From positions 1 to 31,900 of IMG/VR virus record IMGVR_UViG_3300045931_000225: a DNA stretch of 31,900 nucleotides; one strand, 5' to 3'. The translations under genes and the position numbers were made by a program. This document shows positions 18,424-26,319 of this stretch, piece by piece (positions within the stretch are counted from its first letter, which is position 1; the number at the start of each line of letters is the position of its first letter). The stretch comes from a virus. Taxonomy: Duplodnaviria > Caudoviricetes. Under the pieces are notes generated by a model that saw only the letters and a program-made list of their open reading frames with translations, made no database searches and was not told the DNA's origin.

Positions 18424-19065
18424 CTACCCATCCACCACAATGGAGCCATACGGGAACACACGCCCGCTGGTGTGCCGCGCCCGCACCAGGGTCGTATTGG
18501 CCCGCAAGGCAAACGGCGACCCTTCCCGGCCATCACTGCCCCGCGCTTCGGGGAGGAGGGCATACAATTCTTTTAATTTCAGCTCTCCCAATGAACTCTG
18601 CCCCGTTAAAGGCTTGGCGAGTTTTGAAGCCAGCATCTTCACGAGGACTTGATACGCCAGGGGCGACCATGACCCAAGGTCTAGAACTCTCTTGGTATAT
18701 TCAATACTTACGTTGGCTTGATCGCTGAACAGGACACGCCCATTGTTAGGGTCAGTCCCGATTTCAAACTGTGCCCCGTTCCCCTCGTCAGTCCCCCGAA
18801 CCTTGATACAGTAGGGATCTGTGGGCAAGGGATATTGGTAACGCCACTTGAACGGCGGCGTGTCTGGCGACCGGGCCAACCGCGCAAACGCGGTAGCAAA
18901 ATTCCATGGCGACAATTCCAATACCATATCCCTAGAGGTAGGATAGAACTCCCCGCATAGCGTTGACAGACTGGTGCCATCCTCAAACCCCTGGATGCGG
19001 GGACTCTGAAATTCACCCCCGCCAAGCTCGCCTATGGCTTCATTGCATGCCTGAATGGGGTCCAT
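18424..19065 (-). CDS. Tail tubular protein A / head-tail adaptor (T7 gp11-like)
   Basis: CNEAIGELG...PWNFA...YQYPLPTD...LASKLAKPLTG; AAGGA RBS. Confidence 0.85.
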   Translation of the reverse strand: MDPIQACNEAIGELGGGEFQSPRIQGFEDGTSLSTLCGEFYPTSRDMVLELSPWNFATAFARLARSPDTPPFKWRYQYPLPTDPYCIKVRGTDEGNGAQFEIGTDPNNGRVLFSDQANVSIEYTKRVLDLGSWSPLAYQVLVKMLASKLAKPLTGQSSLGELKLKELYALLPEARGSDGREGSPFALRANTTLVRARHTSGRVFPYGSIVVDG

Positions 19066-19090
19066 TATCCTTTCTTCTCCTAGCTCTTTC

Positions 19091-19099
19091 TGGTATACT
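19091..19099 (+). promoter_or_regulatory. Extended -10 promoter for HNH-1
   Basis: TGgTATACT about 100 nt upstream of the HNH ATG. Confidence 0.5.
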
Positions 19100-19195
19100 T
19101 ACGTTGCCGGGTAAGGGTGGCCACTCTTCGTAAGTCCTGTTGGCCTATACCAACAGGAGCCCGGTACTCTTCATCATGCCGTATAGGAGGCAGCC

Positions 19196-19762
19196 ATGAA
19201 TCTTTTTACATGCACTAGCTGTAGAATCCCCAAGCCGCCAGACGCTTTCGCAATAAAACGTGCCAACAAAAGAGGCAGGAATAATCAATGTAAAGAATGT
19301 CGCAGCAAATACTCTGCGACCTACTATGCAAAGAATCGTGAGAGCTTTCTTGCAAAAGCCAAAGCCTATGCCCTTGCACATCCCAAGCAAAGAAAGGCTT
19401 GGGCCCATAGCCATTATCTTGCGAATATTAAGAAGAGACGTGCTGAGGCAAGAGAAGCAAGCAGCCGTCGATACGCAGAGAATCCAAGATATTTTATAGA
19501 AAAAACCGACAAGCGCAGAGCCTTGAAGCGTAAAGCTCCTTTTGTTGAAAGCGTTTCTATCGCTTATGTTTACGAGCGTGACAAAGGCATATGCCAGATA
19601 TGTTTGAAAGCTTGTAAACGCCAGGATGCCAGTCGGGACCATGTTATTCCTACCTCGCTAGGTGGGGCATGGAGCCGTCAAAATACAGTTCTTGCCCATC
19701 TTTCTTGTAATAAGAGCAAGAACAACCGCACCGTCCCCCAGCAACAGCGCCTGTTCGGCTAG
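19196..19762 (+). CDS. HNH endonuclease 1 (free-standing, antisense to the operon)
   Basis: N-terminal CxxC...CxxC finger; CQIC...DHVIPTSLGG...N...HLSCNKSK; AGGAGG RBS. Confidence 0.92.
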   Translation: MNLFTCTSCRIPKPPDAFAIKRANKRGRNNQCKECRSKYSATYYAKNRESFLAKAKAYALAHPKQRKAWAHSHYLANIKKRRAEAREASSRRYAENPRYFIEKTDKRRALKRKAPFVESVSIAYVYERDKGICQICLKACKRQDASRDHVIPTSLGGAWSRQNTVLAHLSCNKSKNNRTVPQQQRLFG

Positions 19763-19902
19763 CGTCCTACAGGTAACACCCGTAACAGCTCCACCACACA
19801 CAGCAGGAGTACCCCAACCCATAAGGGCGGTGGATAGCCCGTCCCCGCAAGCACGGTACAGATAAACGCCGCGACTACCAGTATCAGCATGACGGTAATC
19901 AT
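19759..19902 (-). CDS. 47-aa two-helix membrane protein (holin-like?)
   Basis: Hand translation MITVMLILVVAAFICTVLAGTGYPPPLWVGVLLLCVVELLRVLPVGR*; GAGG RBS; below the ORF-track cutoff. Confidence 0.7.
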   Translation of the reverse strand: MITVMLILVVAAFICTVLAGTGYPPPLWVGVLLLCVVELLRVLPVGR

Positions 19903-19943
19903 GTGCGCCTCACAGGGGAGCCCACAGACTCCCCCCATCCACC

Positions 19944-20438
19944 CTACGCAGTCTGAACTGCAAACGACCCGCTCAGAATATCTGCGGCTCCCGGTGCCTG
20001 CGTTCCTATAGTAGCAAACAGAGTAACGCTAGTACGATTATTAAATATTTTTCTACCCACAACAGGAATAGAGTCATCAGGCGTAGCGATCACGAGCATC
20101 GCGTGCGCCCACGCGCCGTCCGCCGTCATGGACACCGCACTGAGGAGCCCCGCCGCACTCGCCGACTGCAGCATGCCATCCTCATCCGTGTACGCCTGCC
20201 AGCCAATACTCAGCGTCGCGCCCGAGGTCCACCCCGACCACGCAAACCACGAGCGGTACATATCCACCGTGCTCTTGGGCGGCAGCTTGGCAAGGAGAAT
20301 GGTGTCACCCGCCGTGCCCGTCGCCGCTTGCACATAGTCAAAGTCAAACGGGCGTTGTGCCCGGCCATAGGCGTAGTTATTGCCGCGTGGCGCACTCACG
20401 AACGCCGCCGCATACTGCACCGAATAGGTCTCAGCCAT
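19944..20438 (-). CDS. Capsid decoration/cement-like protein
   Basis: 164 aa, beta-rich, directly after capsid; GDTILLAKLP motif; AAGGA RBS. Confidence 0.65.
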   Translation of the reverse strand: MAETYSVQYAAAFVSAPRGNNYAYGRAQRPFDFDYVQAATGTAGDTILLAKLPPKSTVDMYRSWFAWSGWTSGATLSIGWQAYTDEDGMLQSASAAGLLSAVSMTADGAWAHAMLVIATPDDSIPVVGRKIFNNRTSVTLFATIGTQAPGAADILSGSFAVQTA

Positions 20439-20511
20439 GCGTCAATCCTTTCAGGGCCGCACGTCGCCATCGCACGTCGCCGCCCCGTGACAAAGTTACA
20501 CCGTTACAGGG

Positions 20512-21698
20512 TTACAGCGTGCTTTGGCACACGATGCTCAAAACGCCCCTGTCATGCACGCGCACCGCGCCAAAGTGTTCTTTGACGATGATGCCGCGTG
20601 CCAGATGCCGTGTCGGCAGATCGCCCACCCAGATACGGCGCCCGCGCCACCGCGCAAAGCCCATGGCCTGCTTGTGGAACGCCAGGTTGATAAAGTCCGA
20701 CCCCGACAGGTTGAGCTGGTTGCTAATTTGGATACGGAACCCCATGTACGCCTCAATGCGCCCGTTCACGAGCGGCATACGACTGGAGACTTCCGAGCCG
20801 TTCACAATCATCACGCCGAGGTAATCGGTGGACGTGGCTTCCGTCTGTTCCAGCAAGTTTTTATGGCCTGCTGCATTGGTGATCCAGACGAAGTTGGCCA
20901 TGCCCATCGCCATCTCATCCGTGCCCACTTCGCGCGCATCAAACACCGCCCGCGCCTTGCGCATCTTATCAATCGTCAACCCGGACGCGGCCACGGCAAT
21001 CTGGTTGCCCCCACTGCCATCGACCGCAGCCTCCGTGGTGCTGTACACGCTGGTGCCCGTCCCCGTCGCCCCACTCACCGCCGTCGCCGTGACCGCGTCG
21101 ATAATCACCTTGTCAATCCTGCGGTTCATGGCCATCACGGCGTTTTGGCCATAGCCCATTTCCAGGTCAATGAGCATCTCCATGGCGTCTTCTTCATCCA
21201 GCATCTGCGCGTCTTCGTAGTCGCCCTTCACGGCCCAGCGCCGATACGACGGGCTGTCGTGAAAATGCGTCTCGCCGTGGCGCTCGCCCGTAATGTCCGT
21301 CACTTCCGATTCGCCCAGAAGCCCGAAGGCGGCCATGGTCCCAACCACGCCATCCTTGACCCGCACATAGCCCTGGAGACGTGCCATGCGTTGCTGAAAC
21401 AGGTGCATGTGTTACCGCGAGGGCTCTTTATCCCTCGCTTCTGCATGTCGCCATGCAGGTCAGACTATATCTTCGCCCCTGTACGGGAGCGCCGGGGGTT
21501 CGTGGGCGGGTTATTGTTGGGACGCACCGCCTAGTCGTTCGACCTTCCAGAGCACCGCTGCCCACTCTGGCTTGGTACGGGATTGGCTCAGAGAGCTATC
21601 CCCCGTTTATCCCGGTTTTATTACGACCAGATTTAGTTCAAATCGTAATCACTTTCGAATTGCAAAACGAGAGCATCATTTGGTCCGTTATTTGGCAC
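20512..21698 (-). CDS. Major capsid protein, spliced: exon 1 21698-21642, exon 2 21405-20512 (316 aa)
   Basis: AAGGAG + GTG; joined protein MPNNGPNDALVLQFESDYD|HLFQQRMARLQ; AMNRRIDKVII, YMGF, FGAVRV motifs; follows scaffold. Confidence 0.92.
21406..21641 (-). ncRNA. Group I self-splicing intron (236 nt, no ORF)
   Basis: P1 ATTACGAT/GTCGTAAT with U.G wobble; P3 CCGGG/CCCGG; P7 GACTA with AAGATATAGTC; P9 TGCATG-GCGA-CATGCA; terminal G; removal restores the frame. Confidence 0.93.
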
Positions 21699-21832
21699 AA
21701 ATAACTCCTTAATATACAAGGAGTTGCAGTGTACCGAGGGGTTGTCACGCTCGTGATCCCTCTGCGTTGTTCGTCACGCTTACGGCTGGTCTCACCCAGC
21801 AGTAGCCGCCTCCGCAGAGGGGTTGTGCGGCA

Positions 21833-21861
21833 TGGACAACTAGAACTTTTAAGGCTATAAT
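21833..21861 (+). promoter_or_regulatory. sigma70-type promoter for HNH-2
   Basis: TGGACA-17 nt-TATAAT. Confidence 0.7.
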
Positions 21862-22447
21862 GATGTGTGATAGACTTCCATGTGTGGCAACAGGTCTGCA
21901 GCCTGGGCAACCATCCATTGCCAGCCACACACCACCCATGGATACCCTTGATGGATGCAAGGACACTATGCCCCGCAAAGAGATCAGTGCGCGCCGCGCC
22001 TACAACAATGCTTATCATGAAGCCCACAGAAGTGAGCGTAATGCTGCTGAACGTGCGCGCCGCTCCCAAAAACGAGAACTTATCAGGGCTCAAAATCGTG
22101 CCTACTATCTCGCGAACCTTGAGCAAGAACATGCACGCAACGCTCGTTACAATGCAGCTCATCCTGAAGTCGTAAATGCCAGAAGTGCCCGTCATCGCAG
22201 CGTGCAAGCCAGCGCTCCCATCAACGACTTCACCGCGGCCCAATGGAAAGACATGCAAGCCCATTACAAACATTGCTGTGTGTATTGTGGCAAACGCGCC
22301 AAGGGGAAATTGACTCAGGACCACATCACACCTCTGGCAAAAGGCGGCAACCATACCAAGGCCAATATCGTGCCCGCCTGTAAATCCTGTAATTCCCGCA
22401 AACATACGAATGCTCCACCTGTGCCCGTGCAACCGCTGCTGCTCTAG
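21840..22447 (+). mobile_element. Putative HNH cassette 2 bounded by CTAG
   Basis: CTAG at 21840-21843 and 22444-22447. Confidence 0.55.
21968..22447 (+). CDS. HNH endonuclease 2 (free-standing, antisense to the operon)
   Basis: CVYCG...DHITPLAKGG...NIVPACKSCNSRK; AAGGA RBS before ATG 21968. Confidence 0.92.
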   Translation: MPRKEISARRAYNNAYHEAHRSERNAAERARRSQKRELIRAQNRAYYLANLEQEHARNARYNAAHPEVVNARSARHRSVQASAPINDFTAAQWKDMQAHYKHCCVYCGKRAKGKLTQDHITPLAKGGNHTKANIVPACKSCNSRKHTNAPPVPVQPLLL

Positions 22448-23421
22448 GCCGCCCGCCCCCGGCCTTGCCGCTCGCGTGCCGCTACAATCTGGTTGTTGAG
22501 CCGCAGCAACTCGCCCTGCTCGGCGTCGTTGAGCCCGCCTGGGGCATGGCGCTTGGCCGTCAGCTCCTTCTGCCGCGTCTCCATCGTGGCCATCGTGTTG
22601 CCGCCTGGCTGATAGTACGTACTCTCGATAAACTCGCCCTCGCCGACCCGGCGCATGACTTCGGCAAACGTGGCGACCATGTACGGGCTGTTGATGAGCC
22701 GCGATCCATCGCTCAACTTGGCGTCTTTCATCTGGTCCCAGAGTTTGCCACCGGCCTCGCCGGAGAACGCCCCCGCACCAAAGTGCTCGACAAAGCGCTG
22801 CGCCAGGGCAATTTCGCGCTCCGTGTTGGCGCCAAACTCCGCATAGAGGGCGTTGCGCCCGCTCTGGTAGCTGTCTTGTTCCCGGCCTTCCTGGATGTTT
22901 TCGGCATAGGCAACCGTGCGCCAGTATTCGCCCATCACGGCATCCACCTGGGGCTGCGACAACCCCGCCGCGTAAAAGGCTTTCTGCCAGCGCCCCGTGA
23001 TTTCGCCGTCCATCACCCGGCCTTCCGGGGCCGTAAGCGTGTACTTGTCAGACGACTCTGGCCGCCCGAGCTTGTCATACACTTTTTGCATGCCCGCCGT
23101 GTGCGCTTCCGTCCCCACGTCGTCTTTGGGCAGAAACAGCGCACGGCCAAGCATGCTCTCTTGTTCGATCAGCGTCTTGGCTGCCGCCTCACTGGTCAGA
23201 TGCCGCTGCACAATCCCGGCACTCCGCACGTTCTCGGCAAAGCCACTGCGCCAGTCCAGCAGATTGCCACTGCCGCCCTCATCGAGCAGGGTGCGACCCG
23301 CGCCGTCTGCTTGCCCACTGCCGCTCGCCTGGCTAGGAGGTGTGCCCCCGTCGCCTGCCGCACCACTCCCCCCTGTACCACCCTCACTACCTGCTTCTGC
23401 CATCAGCAAAGGCCACCGCAT
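22444..23421 (-). CDS. Capsid scaffolding protein
   Basis: G-rich acidic N-terminus, YDKLGRPES..KY, AGLSQPQ motifs; GAGGAG RBS; between portal and capsid. Confidence 0.85.
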   Translation of the reverse strand: MRWPLLMAEAGSEGGTGGSGAAGDGGTPPSQASGSGQADGAGRTLLDEGGSGNLLDWRSGFAENVRSAGIVQRHLTSEAAAKTLIEQESMLGRALFLPKDDVGTEAHTAGMQKVYDKLGRPESSDKYTLTAPEGRVMDGEITGRWQKAFYAAGLSQPQVDAVMGEYWRTVAYAENIQEGREQDSYQSGRNALYAEFGANTEREIALAQRFVEHFGAGAFSGEAGGKLWDQMKDAKLSDGSRLINSPYMVATFAEVMRRVGEGEFIESTYYQPGGNTMATMETRQKELTAKRHAPGGLNDAEQGELLRLNNQIVAARERQGRGRAA

Positions 23422-23460
23422 CCCTACGTACTCCTCTGGGGGATACCGGCGTCTGGGCAC

Positions 23461-23500
23461 AAAAAAAGCGCTGAATCCGTCTGCATGCAGATTCAGCGCT
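23461..23500 (-). terminator. Intrinsic terminator-like hairpin
   Basis: GCGCTGAATC/GATTCAGCGC stem followed by T7 on the minus strand. Confidence 0.7.
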
Positions 23501-23567
23501 CAGCCTTGCGTCACACTCTCACTGGCCGGTGAGAGAGACGCCGGTATTCAGTTGTCGTTACACTACC

Positions 23568-23861
23568 CTAGTGCCGCACTCGATCCCCTGGCAATGCGGC
23601 AAACACCTGTATCTGATCCCCGCCTTGCTTCGTGGCTTCCTTGACAATCTGTTGCTGGGCAATCTGCACCGCTTGCAAGAGGATGTTGTGGATAGTGACC
23701 CACGCCTCTAAGGGACTGCCCCCTGGCATGTTCGTACTACTGATGGACGGCGCCAGCACAAACTCGCCCAGCGTGCCACCGGACACATGGCGGCGCTTGC
23801 AAGCAATGACAATCGTAGGCTCAGGCTCCTGCGCCGCGAGCGTTGCGAGGTCTGGTGTCAT
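23568..23861 (-). CDS. Hypothetical protein
   Basis: MTPDLATLAAQEPEP...; ATGA overlap with upstream stop. Confidence 0.65.
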   Translation of the reverse strand: MTPDLATLAAQEPEPTIVIACKRRHVSGGTLGEFVLAPSISSTNMPGGSPLEAWVTIHNILLQAVQIAQQQIVKEATKQGGDQIQVFAALPGDRVRH

Positions 23862-24136
23862 GGCTGCCCCTCCTGTGCCGCCTGTTTCCCCGCCGCAATC
23901 GCCTTGAAGATTTCCAGCACCAACCGCCGTGCCCCTTCCTCGTGGGCATCTTTGCACGGCTGGGTCAGCCGCAGCGCCAGGTCGTCCAGGATCAGTTCGC
24001 CTTGTGGCTGGCGTTCCAACCACGCATAGGCTTGCAGCGTTTCGTACTGCCGTGTGTGCCGCTCGGCTTGGGTCTCGCGGCTGTCGTCTTGCACCAGCGC
24101 CGCCAGCGCCCGCCCTAACGGAATGCGTGACGCCAT
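23858..24136 (-). CDS. Small post-portal protein (BPP-1 Bbp19-like)
   Basis: Y..L...PQGELILDDL...EGARRLVLEI pattern; position between portal and scaffold. Confidence 0.65.
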   Translation of the reverse strand: MASRIPLGRALAALVQDDSRETQAERHTRQYETLQAYAWLERQPQGELILDDLALRLTQPCKDAHEEGARRLVLEIFKAIAAGKQAAQEGQP

Positions 24137-24140
24137 CGCG

Positions 24141-24395
24141 TTACTCCGGTAATACCACCTGCCCTTGCTCCAAGACATCGAGCACGTCCTGCAACGCCGC
24201 AGCATCGGTCCCCTGGACCAGCGTGATCACCTGACTGGCCATCGCCGTCGCTTTGAGCCCCAGGTTGACCCCTTCGAGGAGGCTGACATGCCCATCCTGG
24301 CACGCCACCACGACCGCGCGCGCAAACAGGGCAAACTGCGTATGGAGATCGTTCACGACTTCCAGGGCGATGCTGCGATCTTTGGCCTCAGCCAT
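24141..24395 (-). CDS. Hypothetical protein
   Basis: GAGGAG RBS, MAEAKDRSIALEVV...; tightly packed. Confidence 0.65.
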   Translation of the reverse strand: MAEAKDRSIALEVVNDLHTQFALFARAVVVACQDGHVSLLEGVNLGLKATAMASQVITLVQGTDAAALQDVLDVLEQGQVVLPE

Positions 24396-24606
24396 GAGCC
24401 GGCTCCTCGTGCCACACCAACGCATACTGGCCACACTGGCACGTCAGGGCAGGCCGATGCGTCATACACCAGTCCTGCTGCGGATCAAGCACGATATTGT
24501 GATCGTCTGCCCGCGCTATCGGCGCCTCTGTACTTCCGACTTCGTGGTATACCCACGCCATCGGAGGCAGTAACGCAATTTCTGGTTGGGCCTCGTCTGT
24601 CGGCAT
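24388..24606 (-). CDS. Hypothetical protein (possible metal-binding)
   Basis: 72 aa with CxxH and CxC; fills the gap after portal. Confidence 0.55.
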   Translation of the reverse strand: MPTDEAQPEIALLPPMAWVYHEVGSTEAPIARADDHNIVLDPQQDWCMTHRPALTCQCGQYALVWHEEPAHG

Positions 24607-24618
24607 CCCGTGTCCCCC

Positions 24619-26316
24619 TTACGCTGCTTGTGGCATCTGTTGCATCGTGTCGATCAGCGGCGCCACCCGGCCCATGGCACTTAACGATTCGTTCTGCATC
24701 TGCGCCTGTTGGATCTGCGCCGCTTGTTGGGCTCGCAACGCCCGCATCTTCGTCACCTCGCTATAATCCCGCTTGTACGCTTTCGGTACGCCTTGCACGT
24801 CCGCCAAGTAGCGGATAATCTGATCCCACTCGAAATTGTCGATCACGTCGAGCGATTGCTGCATGGTGCTGATCTGCGTTGTCGCCGCCATCAGCGACAT
24901 GATGCCCTGGACATCATCGCCCCGCTGCGCCCGCGCTAACGGCCCATCGTAATCGACATCGAGTTGCCCCTGGCTCTGTTGCGCCGCCAGAACCACCTCG
25001 CGCGGGATAGGCGGTAACGCCCCAGCCCGCCACATGATCCCAAAGACGCGATCTTCGAGGGGATTCAGGAACTCGGCCAGCAACCGATAGAACACCGGCC
25101 CCATGAGCCGCGTCATCAGTTCGATGCGCTGCGACACCTCATACGCCGTCATATTCGAGGCGTCAGGCGGGGGGAGTGCCTGGAGCGCATTGACGAAAAA
25201 GGTATCGTCAATCGACCGTCGCAGGTCCGCCTGGTCAATCTGCACCAGGTCTGGCCTGCCTGTCAGGTCCAACGTCTGCAAGGCATCCATCTGCCGCACC
25301 ACATTGACGGCGTTATTCTCCAGGCTAATGTTGCCGATGATGCCTTCTTGCAACGCCTTGAGCGGGGGACGCACCCACAACGCCAGTTGGGTCAGGTGCA
25401 GTTCCCGCAGACTATTGAGCATGCGCACGTCCGGCAACGCCAGATGGCCCGGCCCATAGCCATACGGCGCCCGGCTCAACGTTTCCCACCGCGACACCAG
25501 ATAGGGAAACTCCTGATACCCCGTCTCATCACAGATGTGCTTCTGGTCCAGCTCGAGGTAGACGCCCGCATAGGGCATATGCTGGTTGTCGTAACGCTCG
25601 CGGTCGCGATCCACGCGCGGATAGACGCAGTGTAAGAACTTCTGTTGCTTGTCGAGCAGATCGTTGTTCCGCGCCATCTCCCGCATCCGTTCGCTACACT
25701 CATTGCCAAACATCTGCAACGCCTGGCGCGGTGTCAGCCACAGTTCCCGAAACAGCGTATCGACCAGGCCATCCGCATTCTCCGCAATGACATACGACCC
25801 CGTGGGCAGCGTCTTAAAGTGGAGATGCTGGCCATCCGTCCCGAGCCTGGAGCCCGCATACATCGCCGCTGTGCCAAAGCCGCCGAGGTTCAGGTAATAC
25901 GTATGCGCCGCCTGATAAAAATTGCTACTACTATACGCCGCCATGATGCGCGTATCGCAGGCATGGAGCCAGCCATTCACCGCTTGCGTCTCGTTGAGCG
26001 CTTCATCGCGGAATTTCAAGCGCCGCCATTGCAAGCTCTGATTGGTAATGGCGCTCATCATATTGGCCGCCAGCGTCTGGGGCGCACGCAACGGATGCCC
26101 GTCAAAGATATGTTCGGTCCGCGACTGCCCAGGATCGTGCAACTCGATGATGTCGTCGGCACCGGGGATGAGCAGACGCACAATATCTTGAAAATCGAAA
26201 TCCCACGTCGAGCGCTGCGTTTTGAGCGCTTCATAGCGCCGCACCAACTCCTCTGCGCTACCATGCATCGTCCGCCGTTCGCTGCGCATCCGTGGGGCCA
26301 GTGCTGCCTCAGCCAT
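24619..26316 (-). CDS. Portal / head-tail connector (T7 gp8 / BPP-1 family)
   Basis: SNFY...LGGFGTA, EFPYLVSRW...YGYGPG..ALPDVR.LN, MTAYEV..R; 565 aa. Confidence 0.93.
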   Translation of the reverse strand: MAEAALAPRMRSERRTMHGSAEELVRRYEALKTQRSTWDFDFQDIVRLLIPGADDIIELHDPGQSRTEHIFDGHPLRAPQTLAANMMSAITNQSLQWRRLKFRDEALNETQAVNGWLHACDTRIMAAYSSSNFYQAAHTYYLNLGGFGTAAMYAGSRLGTDGQHLHFKTLPTGSYVIAENADGLVDTLFRELWLTPRQALQMFGNECSERMREMARNNDLLDKQQKFLHCVYPRVDRDRERYDNQHMPYAGVYLELDQKHICDETGYQEFPYLVSRWETLSRAPYGYGPGHLALPDVRMLNSLRELHLTQLALWVRPPLKALQEGIIGNISLENNAVNVVRQMDALQTLDLTGRPDLVQIDQADLRRSIDDTFFVNALQALPPPDASNMTAYEVSQRIELMTRLMGPVFYRLLAEFLNPLEDRVFGIMWRAGALPPIPREVVLAAQQSQGQLDVDYDGPLARAQRGDDVQGIMSLMAATTQISTMQQSLDVIDNFEWDQIIRYLADVQGVPKAYKRDYSEVTKMRALRAQQAAQIQQAQMQNESLSAMGRVAPLIDTMQQMPQAA

Positions 26317-26319
26317 CGC

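Larger units (their letters stand above)
19080..19762 (+). mobile_element. Putative HNH cassette 1 bounded by CTAG
   Basis: CTAG at 19080-19083 and 19759-19762; AT-richer than flanks; removal leaves stop + RBS + ATG. Confidence 0.55.

Noticed and set aside
19100-19190. Hammerhead or other small ribozyme in the HNH leaders
   Set aside because: Core CUGANGA/GAAA not found in the right arrangement on either strand
20512-21408. Capsid starting at ATG 21408 as in the ORF track
   Set aside because: No RBS, lacks the expected N-terminal segment; the G of this ATG is the intron's terminal G
19145-22432. Minus-strand ORFs 19145-19642 and 21638-22432 opposite the HNH genes
   Set aside because: No recognisable domains; most simply shadows of the HNH genes, though they lie on the late mRNA strand
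19080-22447. IS5-type elements (known CTAG target)
   Set aside because: No DDE transposase or terminal inverted repeats; cassettes encode only HNH proteins
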